Part shown: piece after piece, positions 19,834 through 30,083 of the stretch
How positions within the stretch are numbered: position 1 is the first letter of the stretch
Layout: every line of letters begins with the position of its first letter
Source of the DNA: Geopsychrobacteraceae bacterium
GTDB taxonomy: Bacteria > Desulfobacterota > Desulfuromonadia > Desulfuromonadales > Geopsychrobacteraceae
Assembly (NCBI GenBank): GCA_963662315.1
Contig: OY759353.1
Coordinates: 2,432,001-2,496,000, forward strand
Length of the DNA: 64,000 nt
Direction of reading: 5' to 3'
Made by a program: the position numbers and the translations under genes
Notes under the pieces: generated by a model
Told to the model about the DNA's origin: nothing
Databases searched by the model: none
Seen by the model: the letters and a program-made list of their open reading frames with translations, nothing else

Positions 19834-21450
19834 ATGAAGGTAATTTTCATGACGTTACTGCACAACCCTGTGTTTTTACTTTTTATTGTCATAACAACGG
19901 GCGAACTCGTTGGTTTTCTTAAGTTTAAAAACTTTTCCCTCGGCTCTTCCGCGGTTATTTTCAGCGGCCTGGCTTTTGGCCATTTTGGTTTTACTCTGCC
20001 AGCGGTTTTCCAGACTCTTGGTCTGGTCCTGTTTATTTATTCCGTCGGTCTCCAGGCTGGCCCCGGTTTTCTTTCCTCTTTTAAAAAACAGGGGCTGAAC
20101 CTGTCTTTAGGGGCGGCGGTTATTGTTGTCAGCGGTTTTCTCACCACCTTAATCTGTAGTTGGTTAGGTAATTTTGACGCTGGCATTGCTGCTGGTCTGT
20201 TTTCTGGAGCACTGACCAGTACTCCCGGCCTGGCGGTCGCCGTTGAAGCTATTGCCGACAGCCAGGCCCCAGCGGCTTATGGTCTGACTTACTGTTTTGG
20301 TGTATTGGGAGTCATTGTTTTTGTGCGCCTTTTGCCACGGCTGATGAAAATTGATCTTCTCGCCGAAGAACAGCAGATGAAAAGCGAAATCAGCCAGGAG
20401 CATCCGCCTATGATTTACCGTCATGTGCAGATCTCAAATCCGAATATTTATGGTCGAAGGGTCAAAGATCTGAACCTGAAACAGATGTCTCCTATCGTCT
20501 TGACTCGGCTGTTGCGCGTAGGGGCATCCGAACCTGAAATTGTTTATGGTGACACAATTTTAAATGAAGGGGACAAGTTAAGAATTGTCGGTCAGGAGGA
20601 CGCCATTAAAAAAGCGATATTGGTTCTAGGTGAAGCCGTTGCGGAAGCACTTGAATTTACCCGTGGTCTGACCGGTAGAAAAATCCTCGTCTCAAAACGT
20701 TCTGCCGCTGGGTTTAACGCAAGTTCTTTGAACCTGAAAACATCATTTGACGTGCAGGTATCACGTATTACCCGCAATGGAATTGATCTGACCCCGGAAA
20801 AAAATACCCGACTGCACCTTGGCGATATTCTCCATGTTGTCGGTCAGGAGCAGTCGATTGAAAACGTGACCCGCATGCTTGGCAACGATATCCGGGAAAC
20901 CTACCGAACCGATCTTATTCCTATCATCGTCGGTTTACTGATCGGTTTTTTGGTTGGCCAGATCCCCCTGTTTATTCCGTATATCGGCCAGTTTAAACTA
21001 GGACTCTCTGGTGGTGTTCTTCTGGCGGGATTGATCCTCAGCAGCCTCTATAAAACCGGGCCACTGATCTGGGATATTCCGGCAACGACCAATAGCTTTA
21101 TTCGCGAATTAGGACTGCTTCTGTTTTTGGCCACGGTTGGTACCCGAACCGGAGCAACGATTATGACCACCCTGCAGGAACAAGGGCTGATTCTGTTCTT
21201 ATCGGGTATCTGCGTGACCCTGATCCCCCTGATTGTCACCCTGGTCATTAGCCGTAAGATTTTGAAAATTAGTTTTTTGCACATGCTTGGCGTCATGACC
21301 GGCGGGATGACAAGTACTCCGGGGCTGGCCAGTATCTCCAGCCTGGTTGAAACCCCTTATGCCGCTTCAGCCTATGCCACAGTTTACCCAGTTGCGCTCA
21401 TCGGTATGATTCTATTAACCAAGATTCTGGCCCTGCTGCTTGGGAGCTAA
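19834..21450 (+). CDS. Aspartate:alanine exchanger (YidE/YbjL) family transporter with TrkA-C domains
   Basis: Duplicated G..TSTPGL motif, GLVLFIYSVGLQAGPGF, central soluble TrkA-C repeats. Start may be 19849. Confidence 0.88.
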   Translation: MKVIFMTLLHNPVFLLFIVITTGELVGFLKFKNFSLGSSAVIFSGLAFGHFGFTLPAVFQTLGLVLFIYSVGLQAGPGFLSSFKKQGLNLSLGAAVIVVSGFLTTLICSWLGNFDAGIAAGLFSGALTSTPGLAVAVEAIADSQAPAAYGLTYCFGVLGVIVFVRLLPRLMKIDLLAEEQQMKSEISQEHPPMIYRHVQISNPNIYGRRVKDLNLKQMSPIVLTRLLRVGASEPEIVYGDTILNEGDKLRIVGQEDAIKKAILVLGEAVAEALEFTRGLTGRKILVSKRSAAGFNASSLNLKTSFDVQVSRITRNGIDLTPEKNTRLHLGDILHVVGQEQSIENVTRMLGNDIRETYRTDLIPIIVGLLIGFLVGQIPLFIPYIGQFKLGLSGGVLLAGLILSSLYKTGPLIWDIPATTNSFIRELGLLLFLATVGTRTGATIMTTLQEQGLILFLSGICVTLIPLIVTLVISRKILKISFLHMLGVMTGGMTSTPGLASISSLVETPYAASAYATVYPVALIGMILLTKILALLLGS

Positions 21451-21510
21451 CCCAGGCACCTATGGAGGGGCGTGTAGAACTGCCAGAGACAGTTTGGTGA
21501 TACTGAACAT

Positions 21511-21550
21511 AAAAAGAGAGAAGCGCTGCGGCGCTTCTCTCTTTTCTTTT
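21511..21550. terminator. Bidirectional intrinsic terminator
   Basis: AAAAAGAGAGAAGCGC-TGCG-GCGCTTCTCTCTTTT between convergent genes. Confidence 0.8.
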
Positions 21551-21574
21551 AGTGAAATTTAATGGTGGGTCTTT

Positions 21575-23038
21575 TCAGTTGGCAATCAACCGCCAGAAAA
21601 AAGCAACAATGCCACAGATGACAATACCAAAAACAATCGGCATAAAAGTCGCGACAATTGTCCACCGAGTACTTTTGGTTTCTTTCCAGATCGTGTAAAT
21701 GGTAGTTGAACAGGGATTATGGCACAGACTGAACAGCATCAGGCAGACCGCCGTCAGGGTTGTCCAGCCACCAGAGTGTAACAACATTGCCAGAGCAGAA
21801 TTATTACTGGCGTCAAACATGACTCCGGCACCCTGCTCACCAACTCCGGAAACTCCTGTAACCATGACCGTCAACATCAGAATTGTCGGAATAACGATCT
21901 CGTTGGCAGGAATAGCTACGATATAAGCCACTAAAATGACGCCATTCAAACCAAGGATCCAGCCAATCGGATCAAGCCCCGTAATAAGCCATTCCGCAAT
22001 CGATGATCCACCAAATTTGATATTAGCAATACTCCACAGCACAATCCCTGCCGGCGCAGCAAAAACAATAGCGCGCCACAGAACAATCAGGGTCCGGTCA
22101 ATAATTGACGTATACAGGGTGCGCCAGATTTGCGGCGGACGGTAAGGTGGCAATTCCAGGCTGAAGGTCGATGCCTCCCCTTGCAGCACCGTCCGCGACA
22201 ACATCCATGAAGAAAGAAACGTCAGGGCAACACCAAACAGTGCAATACCGAGCACTGCCCCGGTAGCAACCAAGCTGGCAAAGCCAGAGGGTGCCAGACT
22301 ACCGAGAAAAATTGTAGCCAAGAGAATCTGGGTTGGCCAGCGTCCGTTACAAATGGCAAAGTTGTTGGTAATAATAGCAATAAGGCGTTCACGGGGAGAA
22401 TCGATAACCCGAGTAGCAACGATACCGGCCGCATTACAGCCCCATCCCATGCTCATAGTCAAAGCCTGCTTACCATGAGCGCCGACCCGCTGGAACAGGT
22501 TATCCAGATTAAAAGCAACTCGTGGCAGATAACCGAAATCTTCCAGTAAGGTAAAAAGCGGAAAAAAGATCGCCATTGGCGGTAACATAACACTAATGAC
22601 CCAGGCGGTAGTCAGATACAGACCATCAACCAAAACACCGGAAAGCCACCAGGGAAAATGCAGAATATCAGTAGCCAGATGTTGTAAAAACGGATGTCCG
22701 TAATCAAGCAAAAGAGTAGCCAACCAGCCCGATGGTACGTTCGCCCCCTCAATAGTCAACCACAGGACAATCGCCAGCATCATAATCATGGTTGGAAAGC
22801 CGGTCCAGCGGTTGGTCAGAAACCAGTCGAGGCGACGTTCCCATGACAGCCGATGGGAGGCACCACTTTGATCAAGGTTGCGAGATGCGATACGCGCCGA
22901 GTCGGCATAAACACCTTCTATCCAACGATCACGCACTCCCGGCGGTAATCCCATGCGCAATTTTTCGGCATTTTTTACAATTTCTTCACCTGACTTTTTG
23001 TTTTCTACCATGGTCTTTACCTTGTCAACTTGCTGCAT
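21575..23038 (-). CDS. feoB: FeoB membrane (gate) domain, encoded separately
   Basis: LEDFGYLPRVAF, MGWGCNA, CNGR, LELPPYRPP motifs. No GTPase domain. Confidence 0.88.
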   Translation of the reverse strand: MQQVDKVKTMVENKKSGEEIVKNAEKLRMGLPPGVRDRWIEGVYADSARIASRNLDQSGASHRLSWERRLDWFLTNRWTGFPTMIMMLAIVLWLTIEGANVPSGWLATLLLDYGHPFLQHLATDILHFPWWLSGVLVDGLYLTTAWVISVMLPPMAIFFPLFTLLEDFGYLPRVAFNLDNLFQRVGAHGKQALTMSMGWGCNAAGIVATRVIDSPRERLIAIITNNFAICNGRWPTQILLATIFLGSLAPSGFASLVATGAVLGIALFGVALTFLSSWMLSRTVLQGEASTFSLELPPYRPPQIWRTLYTSIIDRTLIVLWRAIVFAAPAGIVLWSIANIKFGGSSIAEWLITGLDPIGWILGLNGVILVAYIVAIPANEIVIPTILMLTVMVTGVSGVGEQGAGVMFDASNNSALAMLLHSGGWTTLTAVCLMLFSLCHNPCSTTIYTIWKETKSTRWTIVATFMPIVFGIVICGIVAFFWRLIAN

Positions 23039-23825
23039 GATCGACCTTCAGGTCTCCAATGGCACCTGAGGCTACGGCTTCGGCAATACGGGGATCCCCC
23101 TCCAACAAACGCATAGCAATCCACTCGCTATGGGGAACATCTGGATATGCAGCTTTCAGCTCAGCGACAATCTGCTCCATGGCTTCGCGTAGCCCGGGAA
23201 CATCATACTTCAATGGCTGCGGCTTGGTTGGCGTTCGACCATTGGCCATATGATCAATTTCCTGCAATAACCGGTCGATTCCCTGTCCACGCCGTGCGGC
23301 GGCAAGTACCACCGGGACTCCCAGATCACGTGCCAGGCCGCGCTCATCGACGGTGATACCGTGAGCCTTGGCTTCATCGATCAGGTTCACACAGATAACA
23401 GCACGGCTAGTCAGCTGCAGAACCTGCAAAGCCAGATTCAGATTACGCTCAAGACGGGTCGCATCCAGCACAACAACAGTCACATCCGGACGGCCAAAGA
23501 GAATAAAATCCCGAGCCACCTCTTCGTCATCCGTTGCGGAAAGCAAAGAATAAGTCCCCGGCAGATCGACGATCTTATATCTTTTGCCCTTCAGGGAAAA
23601 TGCTCCTTCTGCCCGAGCAATGGTTTTACCGGGCCAATTTCCGGTATGTTGATGCAAGCCGGTCAAGGCATTAAAAATCGTACTTTTACCAGTATTGGGA
23701 TTACCGGCCAAAGCAATCGTATAATCTGATTGTCCGAGGCGCATGCCAAGCTTTTCCAGTTTGGAAACGGCACCAACCGGGCAGCTATCACAGGAAGATC
23801 CACAATTATCAGACATGAGCCCCAT
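23025..23825 (-). CDS. feoB: FeoB N-terminal GTPase domain, encoded separately
   Basis: GNPNTGKS, GNWPGKT, DLPGTYS, DATRLERNL, NLIDEA. Confidence 0.9.
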   Translation of the reverse strand: MGLMSDNCGSSCDSCPVGAVSKLEKLGMRLGQSDYTIALAGNPNTGKSTIFNALTGLHQHTGNWPGKTIARAEGAFSLKGKRYKIVDLPGTYSLLSATDDEEVARDFILFGRPDVTVVVLDATRLERNLNLALQVLQLTSRAVICVNLIDEAKAHGITVDERGLARDLGVPVVLAAARRGQGIDRLLQEIDHMANGRTPTKPQPLKYDVPGLREAMEQIVAELKAAYPDVPHSEWIAMRLLEGDPRIAEAVASGAIGDLKVDHAAS

Positions 23826-24726
23826 CCTTAATTTTACGAATTAATACCCGTTCCGCCTGCTCACGCCGCAAAGCGATGGAAGCGCCACGGACACGGTACG
23901 CAGTAGGACTGCCAGACGGACTGATCAGGTCAATAGTCAGCACCGTACCCGGTACCATACCCAGATCGAGCAACCGGTTACGTTCAAGACCTCGGCACAA
24001 GGGAGATAAGCGGACAACTGCGGCCTGCTCATCAAGCGTTAAACTGGAAAGGCGAACCAGAGTTTCATCATAGCTCTCACCTTCCAGTAAGGGAGCGACA
24101 GTAATATTCTGTGCCGTTTGAGGTGGGAAACAAAACTCACACCCTTCCAAGGCAATGCATAGCTCATGATCATCTTTGGCGACAATCCGCAATACCGTTT
24201 CGGGAGCAATACAAGCGGCTGAAATCAGTGCATACAGATGGGGAGGTTCATCTTCAATGTGGACAACGCGCCCCTCCCATCCAACAGGGTAGTTGGTCAA
24301 CGGTTCTCCCGTTTTAGGCGGCATCTCCCCCGAGGCTGTCGGAATCGGATCACCATGGGGATCATAGAGAGGATAATCGAGCTCTCTGGCCAGTTCTTCG
24401 ACGTCGTCAGCAGACATATTATGCTCTTCAACGTGAGCCTGAACATGCCACTGACTTTCACTCACCCCGGTTTTATGGGCCAGGTAAGTTTCATATAAAC
24501 GGTGAGCCCGAAGAACATGTAATGCGTATTCCCGACCATTGGCTGTTAGCTTCAATGAGCCTGTTTCTATCAGGGCTGCGGCTTCCAGATCGTTGACCAG
24601 GCGTTGAACCTGATCCAGAGGAATGGACAGTTCAGCAACAAGAGCCTCGTGTGTCACGCAAAACCCTTCATATTCACTATCGGCAAGATATTTCAGGGCA
24701 TCCTGTATAAGAATTTCTTCTCGCAT
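23809..24726 (-). CDS. DtxR/MntR family metal-dependent regulator with C-terminal FeoA domains
   Basis: LT..GR..A..V.R.HRL.E.YL, EH, DPHGDPIP. FeoA-like RLLDLGMVPG...YRVRG..IALR. Confidence 0.85.
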   Translation of the reverse strand: MREEILIQDALKYLADSEYEGFCVTHEALVAELSIPLDQVQRLVNDLEAAALIETGSLKLTANGREYALHVLRAHRLYETYLAHKTGVSESQWHVQAHVEEHNMSADDVEELARELDYPLYDPHGDPIPTASGEMPPKTGEPLTNYPVGWEGRVVHIEDEPPHLYALISAACIAPETVLRIVAKDDHELCIALEGCEFCFPPQTAQNITVAPLLEGESYDETLVRLSSLTLDEQAAVVRLSPLCRGLERNRLLDLGMVPGTVLTIDLISPSGSPTAYRVRGASIALRREQAERVLIRKIKDGAHV

Positions 24727-25029
24727 AATTATCTATCCAAAGTCAGTCATTTAATGAGATTGCTGATAACTACTACCTATACCATAGGCATATGGAACCA
24801 CAATAGCCAGCCCATTAATTTAGTTTCTATCCCCCCAAAGAACAAGTCACTACAGCCAGAATGCCCACGGTAAAAAGACCCCGGTGAAACCTGATGAAAG
24901 AAAAGGAAGGGAACCATCCACAGCTTATTGATTATACTAATTTTGACATTGATCTTTCCAATAAGTTCTTTTATTATTCGGACGCTTTAGAGAGCCTGAG
25001 CGACATTTCAGGCATTTTCTATTTTATAA

Positions 25030-25225
25030 ATTATGCAGTTACAGGTGTCATTAAGACTTGATAGGGAATCCCGTGCAAACCGGGAGCGGACCCGCCGCTG
25101 TAACTTCCGGTTTATCGTTCGCGATAAACCAACCTCTGTGAAAATTACCACATGGTCACTGTCTGTCATTTACAGGTGGGAAGGCCTTCACCGGGGGGAA
25201 GGAGCCAGAAGACCTGCCTATAACT
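25030..25225 (+). ncRNA. Cobalamin riboswitch 3
   Basis: AGGTG..GATAGGGAATCCCGTGCAAACCGGGAGCGGACCCGCCGCTGTAA...GTCACTG...GGGAAGGC...GAGCCAGAAGACCTGCC. Confidence 0.93.
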
Positions 25226-25294
25226 GAGTAAAACCTCCAGGGTAGGAGGGTTTTACAATCTAAATTTACATCTGGACTGTGAGGGATAAAAACG

Positions 25295-25330
25295 GATTCC
25301 TTGTACCGGCCATTGGTACAGGGATTTTTT
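25295..25330 (+). terminator. Intrinsic terminator of riboswitch 3 expression platform
   Basis: TCCTTGTACC-GGCCATT-GGTACAGGGA TTTTTT, upstream of the ATG at 25373. Confidence 0.75.
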
Positions 25331-25372
25331 GTATCTACCTGTACTTTAGGATTAAACAGGTTTATACAAATC

Positions 25373-26731
25373 ATGAAAGCTATCAACCACAGAAACTTTC
25401 TGCATTTAGCCATCCCCTTTACACTGTCAACGGTCACCCAGCCCCTGTTGGGAGCCGTTGACACCGCTGTCGTCGGCCGACTTGACAGTCCTGCATTTAT
25501 TGGTGGGGTCGCCATCGGTACGGTGATCTTCAACACCCTCTACTGGCTCTTTGGCTTCTTGCGCGTTGCCACTTCTGGCTTTTCGGCTCAGTCCCTTGCG
25601 TCCCAAGACCATGCGCCCAAAGCCCTCGCCTGGCTACGTCCCTTAGCTTTGGCTGCCATCATCGGTCTGACCTTTATTTGCCTCCAGCACCTGATCATAT
25701 CAGTAGCCCTGAACCTTTATGACGCGGATGCTCTTACCGCCGGATATGCCGATATCTACTTTAATATCCTTATATGGGGAGCCCCCCTTGTTCTGATCAG
25801 CTACGTTAATCTCGGTTGGCTAATGGGGCGAGGGCATGTGCGTGAGGTCATGTGGCTACAGATCGGAACCAACAGCCTTAACATTGCTCTCGACTTTATC
25901 ATGGTCAATTATTTCGATGCTGCCGTTGCCGGGGTCGCCTGGGCCACGCTCATTTCTCAGGCAGCCGCTTTCGGTCTGGGATTATTTTTTATTTTCCAGC
26001 GTATCTCAGCAGCAACAATTATTGCCAATCTGGCTGGGATACGCGACCTTAGTGCCCTGAAAAAGCTGGCGGCAGTTAACCGGGACCTGTTCATCCGTAC
26101 CGCCTGTCTACTTACCATGACTAATATTTTTGTCGCCAAAGGCAGTAGTATGGGGGCCGATTTTCTCGCTGCTAACGCCATACTGTTTCAGCTGCAATAC
26201 CTGATCGCCTATCTGTTTGACGGACTGGCCAATGCCGCAGCGGTTTTTGCCGGACAATTTACCGGCACTGGAGATAAAGACAGTTTTCTTCGTACCCGTA
26301 GCGTTACCCATATTCATCTATTTCTGCTCAGTGTCATTCTCCTTATCATATTAACCATCGGCAGAAATAGCTTGCCCTTTCTGTTTACTGATCTGGAGCC
26401 GGTGCTTGCCATTTGCCATAACTATTTCATCTATCTGCTACTATTTACCCTGACCATGCCCCTTGGTCTGGTTTATTACGGATTTTACGTTGGTGCTACC
26501 TTTGTGGGTCCAGTTCGCAACTCTCTGCTCATCGCTCTGCTTCTATTTATACCCGCTGAAATCTTCCTTATTCCACGTCTTCATAATCATGGTCTATGGA
26601 TCGCATTTGTCCTCTTTTGTGCAGCCCGGAGCCTGATTCTGCTGGTCGGCTGGAAACAGCTTCTACGTCAAACGTTTGATCAACAAAATTCCTCGAAAAA
26701 TGCAGTCCCGCAACCCGTTAGTATCAATTGA
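25373..26731 (+). CDS. MATE family efflux transporter (DinF-like)
   Basis: LAIP..LS...QPLLGAVDTAVVG, LFGFLR..TSG..AQ, NRDLFIRT, DGLA.A. Start moved to the ATG downstream of the riboswitch terminator. Confidence 0.88.
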   Translation: MKAINHRNFLHLAIPFTLSTVTQPLLGAVDTAVVGRLDSPAFIGGVAIGTVIFNTLYWLFGFLRVATSGFSAQSLASQDHAPKALAWLRPLALAAIIGLTFICLQHLIISVALNLYDADALTAGYADIYFNILIWGAPLVLISYVNLGWLMGRGHVREVMWLQIGTNSLNIALDFIMVNYFDAAVAGVAWATLISQAAAFGLGLFFIFQRISAATIIANLAGIRDLSALKKLAAVNRDLFIRTACLLTMTNIFVAKGSSMGADFLAANAILFQLQYLIAYLFDGLANAAAVFAGQFTGTGDKDSFLRTRSVTHIHLFLLSVILLIILTIGRNSLPFLFTDLEPVLAICHNYFIYLLLFTLTMPLGLVYYGFYVGATFVGPVRNSLLIALLLFIPAEIFLIPRLHNHGLWIAFVLFCAARSLILLVGWKQLLRQTFDQQNSSKNAVPQPVSIN

Positions 26732-26748
26732 GAAATTGGAGTTTTGTA

Positions 26749-27690
26749 ATGCTGAAATCGATTTTGCGCAAAATTCCAGAACTGATTCTGGTCATGCTAA
26801 CAGCAAGTCTACTAACTTTTTTTCTAACCTGGCTTAGTCCCGGAGATCCTGCCCAAATTTTCTTTGAAGCTCATGGTATTTCCCCTTCTCAGAAAGCACT
26901 AGCTGAAAAACAGCACGAAATGGGACTCGACCGCCCCTTTATAGTCCAGTATGGCGACTGGCTTGGCGCTATAATACGCCTGGATGCCGGGGTCTCTTTA
27001 CGCACAGGTGAAGCCGTTTCAGAAATGGTGAAACGACGCTTTCATATGACATTTGATTTAGCTGCAACAGCAATAGTTCTGATGTTCCTCTGTTCTTTCA
27101 TTCTCGCCATTATTGCAACTTTAAAAACAGGTAAGTTACCTGATTATGTCATTCGTCTATTTTCGTTTGCCGGGGTTTCTATGCCCGATTTCTGGCTTGG
27201 TCTGCTATTAATTATGGCTTTTATTGTCCACCTAAACTGGTTCAAGTTAACAGACCCCTATGCTCCTTCAAGTATCATCTTACCTGCCATGACTCTGGCC
27301 ATCCCCCTTATTGGTCGCTACAGCAGACAGATTCAAGCCGTCATCAGTGAAGAAATGAGTCAAGATTACATCATCGGTGCCCGTTCCCGCGGATGCCCGG
27401 AGTGGCAGATTATTATATTTCATGCTCTGCCTGGCACTCTGGGCGGACTAAGTACTTTATTTGGCCTTTCCTGTGCTCTATTGCTAGGTGGAACGATAAT
27501 CGTTGAATCCATTTTCTCCTGGCCCGGCCTCGGCAGCATGGCAATTGAATCGATTACCTACCGCGATTACCCGGTTCTCCAAGCGTATGTCATGATCATG
27601 GTCTGCCTCTATGTCGGTTTTAACTTTGTCGCTGATGTTGTCGCCGAGTTACTCGACCCCCGTTTACGCCATGACGGGGGCAGAACATGA
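26749..27690 (+). CDS. Peptide/nickel ABC transporter permease (NikB/DppB-like)
   Basis: PGDPA, GLDRP...QY..WL, S.PDFWLG, DYI.GARSRG, ESIFSWPGLG, RDYPVLQ. Confidence 0.9.
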   Translation: MLKSILRKIPELILVMLTASLLTFFLTWLSPGDPAQIFFEAHGISPSQKALAEKQHEMGLDRPFIVQYGDWLGAIIRLDAGVSLRTGEAVSEMVKRRFHMTFDLAATAIVLMFLCSFILAIIATLKTGKLPDYVIRLFSFAGVSMPDFWLGLLLIMAFIVHLNWFKLTDPYAPSSIILPAMTLAIPLIGRYSRQIQAVISEEMSQDYIIGARSRGCPEWQIIIFHALPGTLGGLSTLFGLSCALLLGGTIIVESIFSWPGLGSMAIESITYRDYPVLQAYVMIMVCLYVGFNFVADVVAELLDPRLRHDGGRT

Positions 27691-28508
27691 ACCTTTTCAA
27701 ACTCGACAAGAAACAACAGTTTCATCTGTCACTGTTATTGGCAACCATACTGGTTATCATCGCCCTGTGCGGCCCCTTGCTCGCGCCGCACGACCCTCTG
27801 GAAACCGACTTCATCCATATCCTCGAACCTCCAGGTTACGGTTACCCCTTAGGCACCGACCAAGTTGGCCGCTGCATCCTCTCGCGCCTTCTTTACGGAG
27901 CCAGAATATCTTTGGGTACGACCTTTGTAATGCTCAGCCTGATTTTCATTCTTGGCATCATTATCGGAACTACTGCCGCATTACGTTCTGGCCTGACCGA
28001 TACCCTGATTATGCGCCTGGCTGATACCATTCTGGCTTTTCCTGATCTGGTCTTTGCTATCGCAGTGGTCGGCCTTCTCGGCCCAGGAATCATCAATACT
28101 ATCTGCGCTCTGTCTATTATCTGGTGGACCAAATTTGCCCGTTTGTCACGCGTACTGGTCCGTAGCGCCCTGACCAGCGATGCCGTCGTCGCTGGTCGTA
28201 TGGCAGGAGCAGGGAAGTTACGCCTGGTCGTTATTTATATCTTGCCAACGATTCTGCCGGCCTTGCTGACACAGCTTTGTCTCGACATCGGCAACATGAT
28301 GCTGGCTCTCGCTGGTCTTTCCTTTCTGGGCTTGGGGGTTCAACCCCCAACACCTGAGTGGGGGAATATGCTTAGTGAAGGACGAGAATATCTGCAAAGT
28401 GCTCCGTGGCTTGTCCTTTACCCTGGCTTAGCAACATTTCTGGTAGTTGTCACTTTCAATATCCTTGGTGACGCCACGCGAAAATATCTTAATCCTAAAA
28501 AGTTTTAA
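27687..28508 (+). CDS. Peptide/nickel ABC transporter permease (NikC/DppC-like)
   Basis: LGTDQVGRCILSRLLYGARISL, LSFLGLGVQPPTPEWGNML. Confidence 0.9.
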   Translation: MNLFKLDKKQQFHLSLLLATILVIIALCGPLLAPHDPLETDFIHILEPPGYGYPLGTDQVGRCILSRLLYGARISLGTTFVMLSLIFILGIIIGTTAALRSGLTDTLIMRLADTILAFPDLVFAIAVVGLLGPGIINTICALSIIWWTKFARLSRVLVRSALTSDAVVAGRMAGAGKLRLVVIYILPTILPALLTQLCLDIGNMMLALAGLSFLGLGVQPPTPEWGNMLSEGREYLQSAPWLVLYPGLATFLVVVTFNILGDATRKYLNPKKF

Positions 28509-28550
28509 GGAAACCTCATACGAAATTAATGAGTCAACAAAGGAGCTTGT

Positions 28551-30083
28551 ATGCAAAAAACTAAACTGTCCTGCCTGATCTTAGGTCTGTTATTGACCAT
28601 GCTGTCCCCCCTATACGCCAGCCAGCAAGACAAAACCGTTAATATGGCCATTTTTTGGCTTGATGCCGACATTGAACCAACCTCGGACTGGCACGGTTGG
28701 ACCCTGACCCGCTGCGGCGTCGGAGAAAACCTGCTGCAGATTGATGAAAACCTCAAGTTCAAACCGGTCATTGCTGAAAAATGGGAGCAACCCGATGCCC
28801 TGACCACTATCTTTACCATCCGCAAGGGGGTTAGGTTTCAGAATGGCCGTCCTGCCGATGCTGCCGCCTGCAAAGCCTCCATCGAACGCGCCCTTAAAAT
28901 TACGGATCGTAAAGATGCCCAGCTGCCCATTGACTCCATAAATGTTGATGGCGATCAACTGATCATCAAAACCAGCCACCCCTTCGCCACCCTCAATAAT
29001 GTTCTAGCCGATCCGGTCTTTATTATCGTTGATACCGAAGCAGCAGAGAAGGATTCTGAAAGCTTCAGATTCAGACCTATCACTACCGGAGCTTTCATGG
29101 TTGAAAGTTTTTCTGCTGAAACAGGAATGACCCTTAAAAAAAATCCCTACTATTGGAAGGGTGATATCAAAATTGATACCGTTAATGTCAAGTACATTCC
29201 CGATGCCAGCACCCGCACCATGGCACTGCAGTCAGGTGAGCTTGATTTTGCCGCCCAGATCAGTCCCGCCGATCTAAAAGTCCTTGCCAAAGACGATAAA
29301 CTCAACATTATCGAAGGACCTAACCTACGGGTATTTATTTCCCGTCTGAATTTTGACCATCCATGGATGAAGATTAAAGAATTCCGTCAGGCCATTCGCT
29401 ACGCTATTCATAAGGACATTTTTGCCGAAAAGATCGCTAATGGTATTCCAGCCCGAGGCCCCTTTAATAAAACGCTCCCTTTCGGGCATGAAGGTGAAGA
29501 CAGCTATCATTACGATGTGGATAAAGCCCGCCAACTCCTCGACTTGGTGGGCATTGTTGATGGCGACGGTGACGGCCTGCGCGAATATGAAGGAAAGAAC
29601 ATTACCCTAAAGTATATTTGCCTGACCAACCATGGAGCACGAGCTCGCAATATCGGCATTGCCATGCAATCCGAATTGAAGAAAATCGGCATCGCCATGG
29701 AGGTTGAACAACAGGAAAATTTTGCTGAAGCCGCTCAAAAAGGAGCCTTTGATTTCCTCTTTGAACGCTGGACATCGGCTCCAACCCTCGATCCCCAATA
29801 TTTCATCGAATCTGGATTCAAAACTGGATCCCTGGCTAACTATGGCCATTACAGCAATCCGCAACTGGATGATCTACTCAATCAGTTAACCAGTATTACA
29901 GATCATTCAAAGCGTAATGAACTAGGCAAGCAAGGAGCTCAAATTCTTATGGAAGACCTGCCAGCTCTGTTCTATTTTTATGAAAAGGGGAATGTCGTAC
30001 ATAACAAACGTATCGGGGGTATTTATAAATTCATTTCTGACATCTATTACATTGATGATCGGCTGGAACTCAGCCATGACTGA
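28551..30083 (+). CDS. ABC transporter substrate-binding protein, family 5 (NikA/DppA-like)
   Basis: Signal peptide, IRKGVRFQNG, TGAF, NPYYW, R.MALQSGELD motifs. Confidence 0.88.
   Translation: MQKTKLSCLILGLLLTMLSPLYASQQDKTVNMAIFWLDADIEPTSDWHGWTLTRCGVGENLLQIDENLKFKPVIAEKWEQPDALTTIFTIRKGVRFQNGRPADAAACKASIERALKITDRKDAQLPIDSINVDGDQLIIKTSHPFATLNNVLADPVFIIVDTEAAEKDSESFRFRPITTGAFMVESFSAETGMTLKKNPYYWKGDIKIDTVNVKYIPDASTRTMALQSGELDFAAQISPADLKVLAKDDKLNIIEGPNLRVFISRLNFDHPWMKIKEFRQAIRYAIHKDIFAEKIANGIPARGPFNKTLPFGHEGEDSYHYDVDKARQLLDLVGIVDGDGDGLREYEGKNITLKYICLTNHGARARNIGIAMQSELKKIGIAMEVEQQENFAEAAQKGAFDFLFERWTSAPTLDPQYFIESGFKTGSLANYGHYSNPQLDDLLNQLTSITDHSKRNELGKQGAQILMEDLPALFYFYEKGNVVHNKRIGGIYKFISDIYYIDDRLELSHD

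Noticed and set aside
24920..24945. Possible DtxR-family operator TTGATTATACTAA
   Set aside because: Imperfect short palindrome in AT-rich DNA, too weak to call without comparative data.
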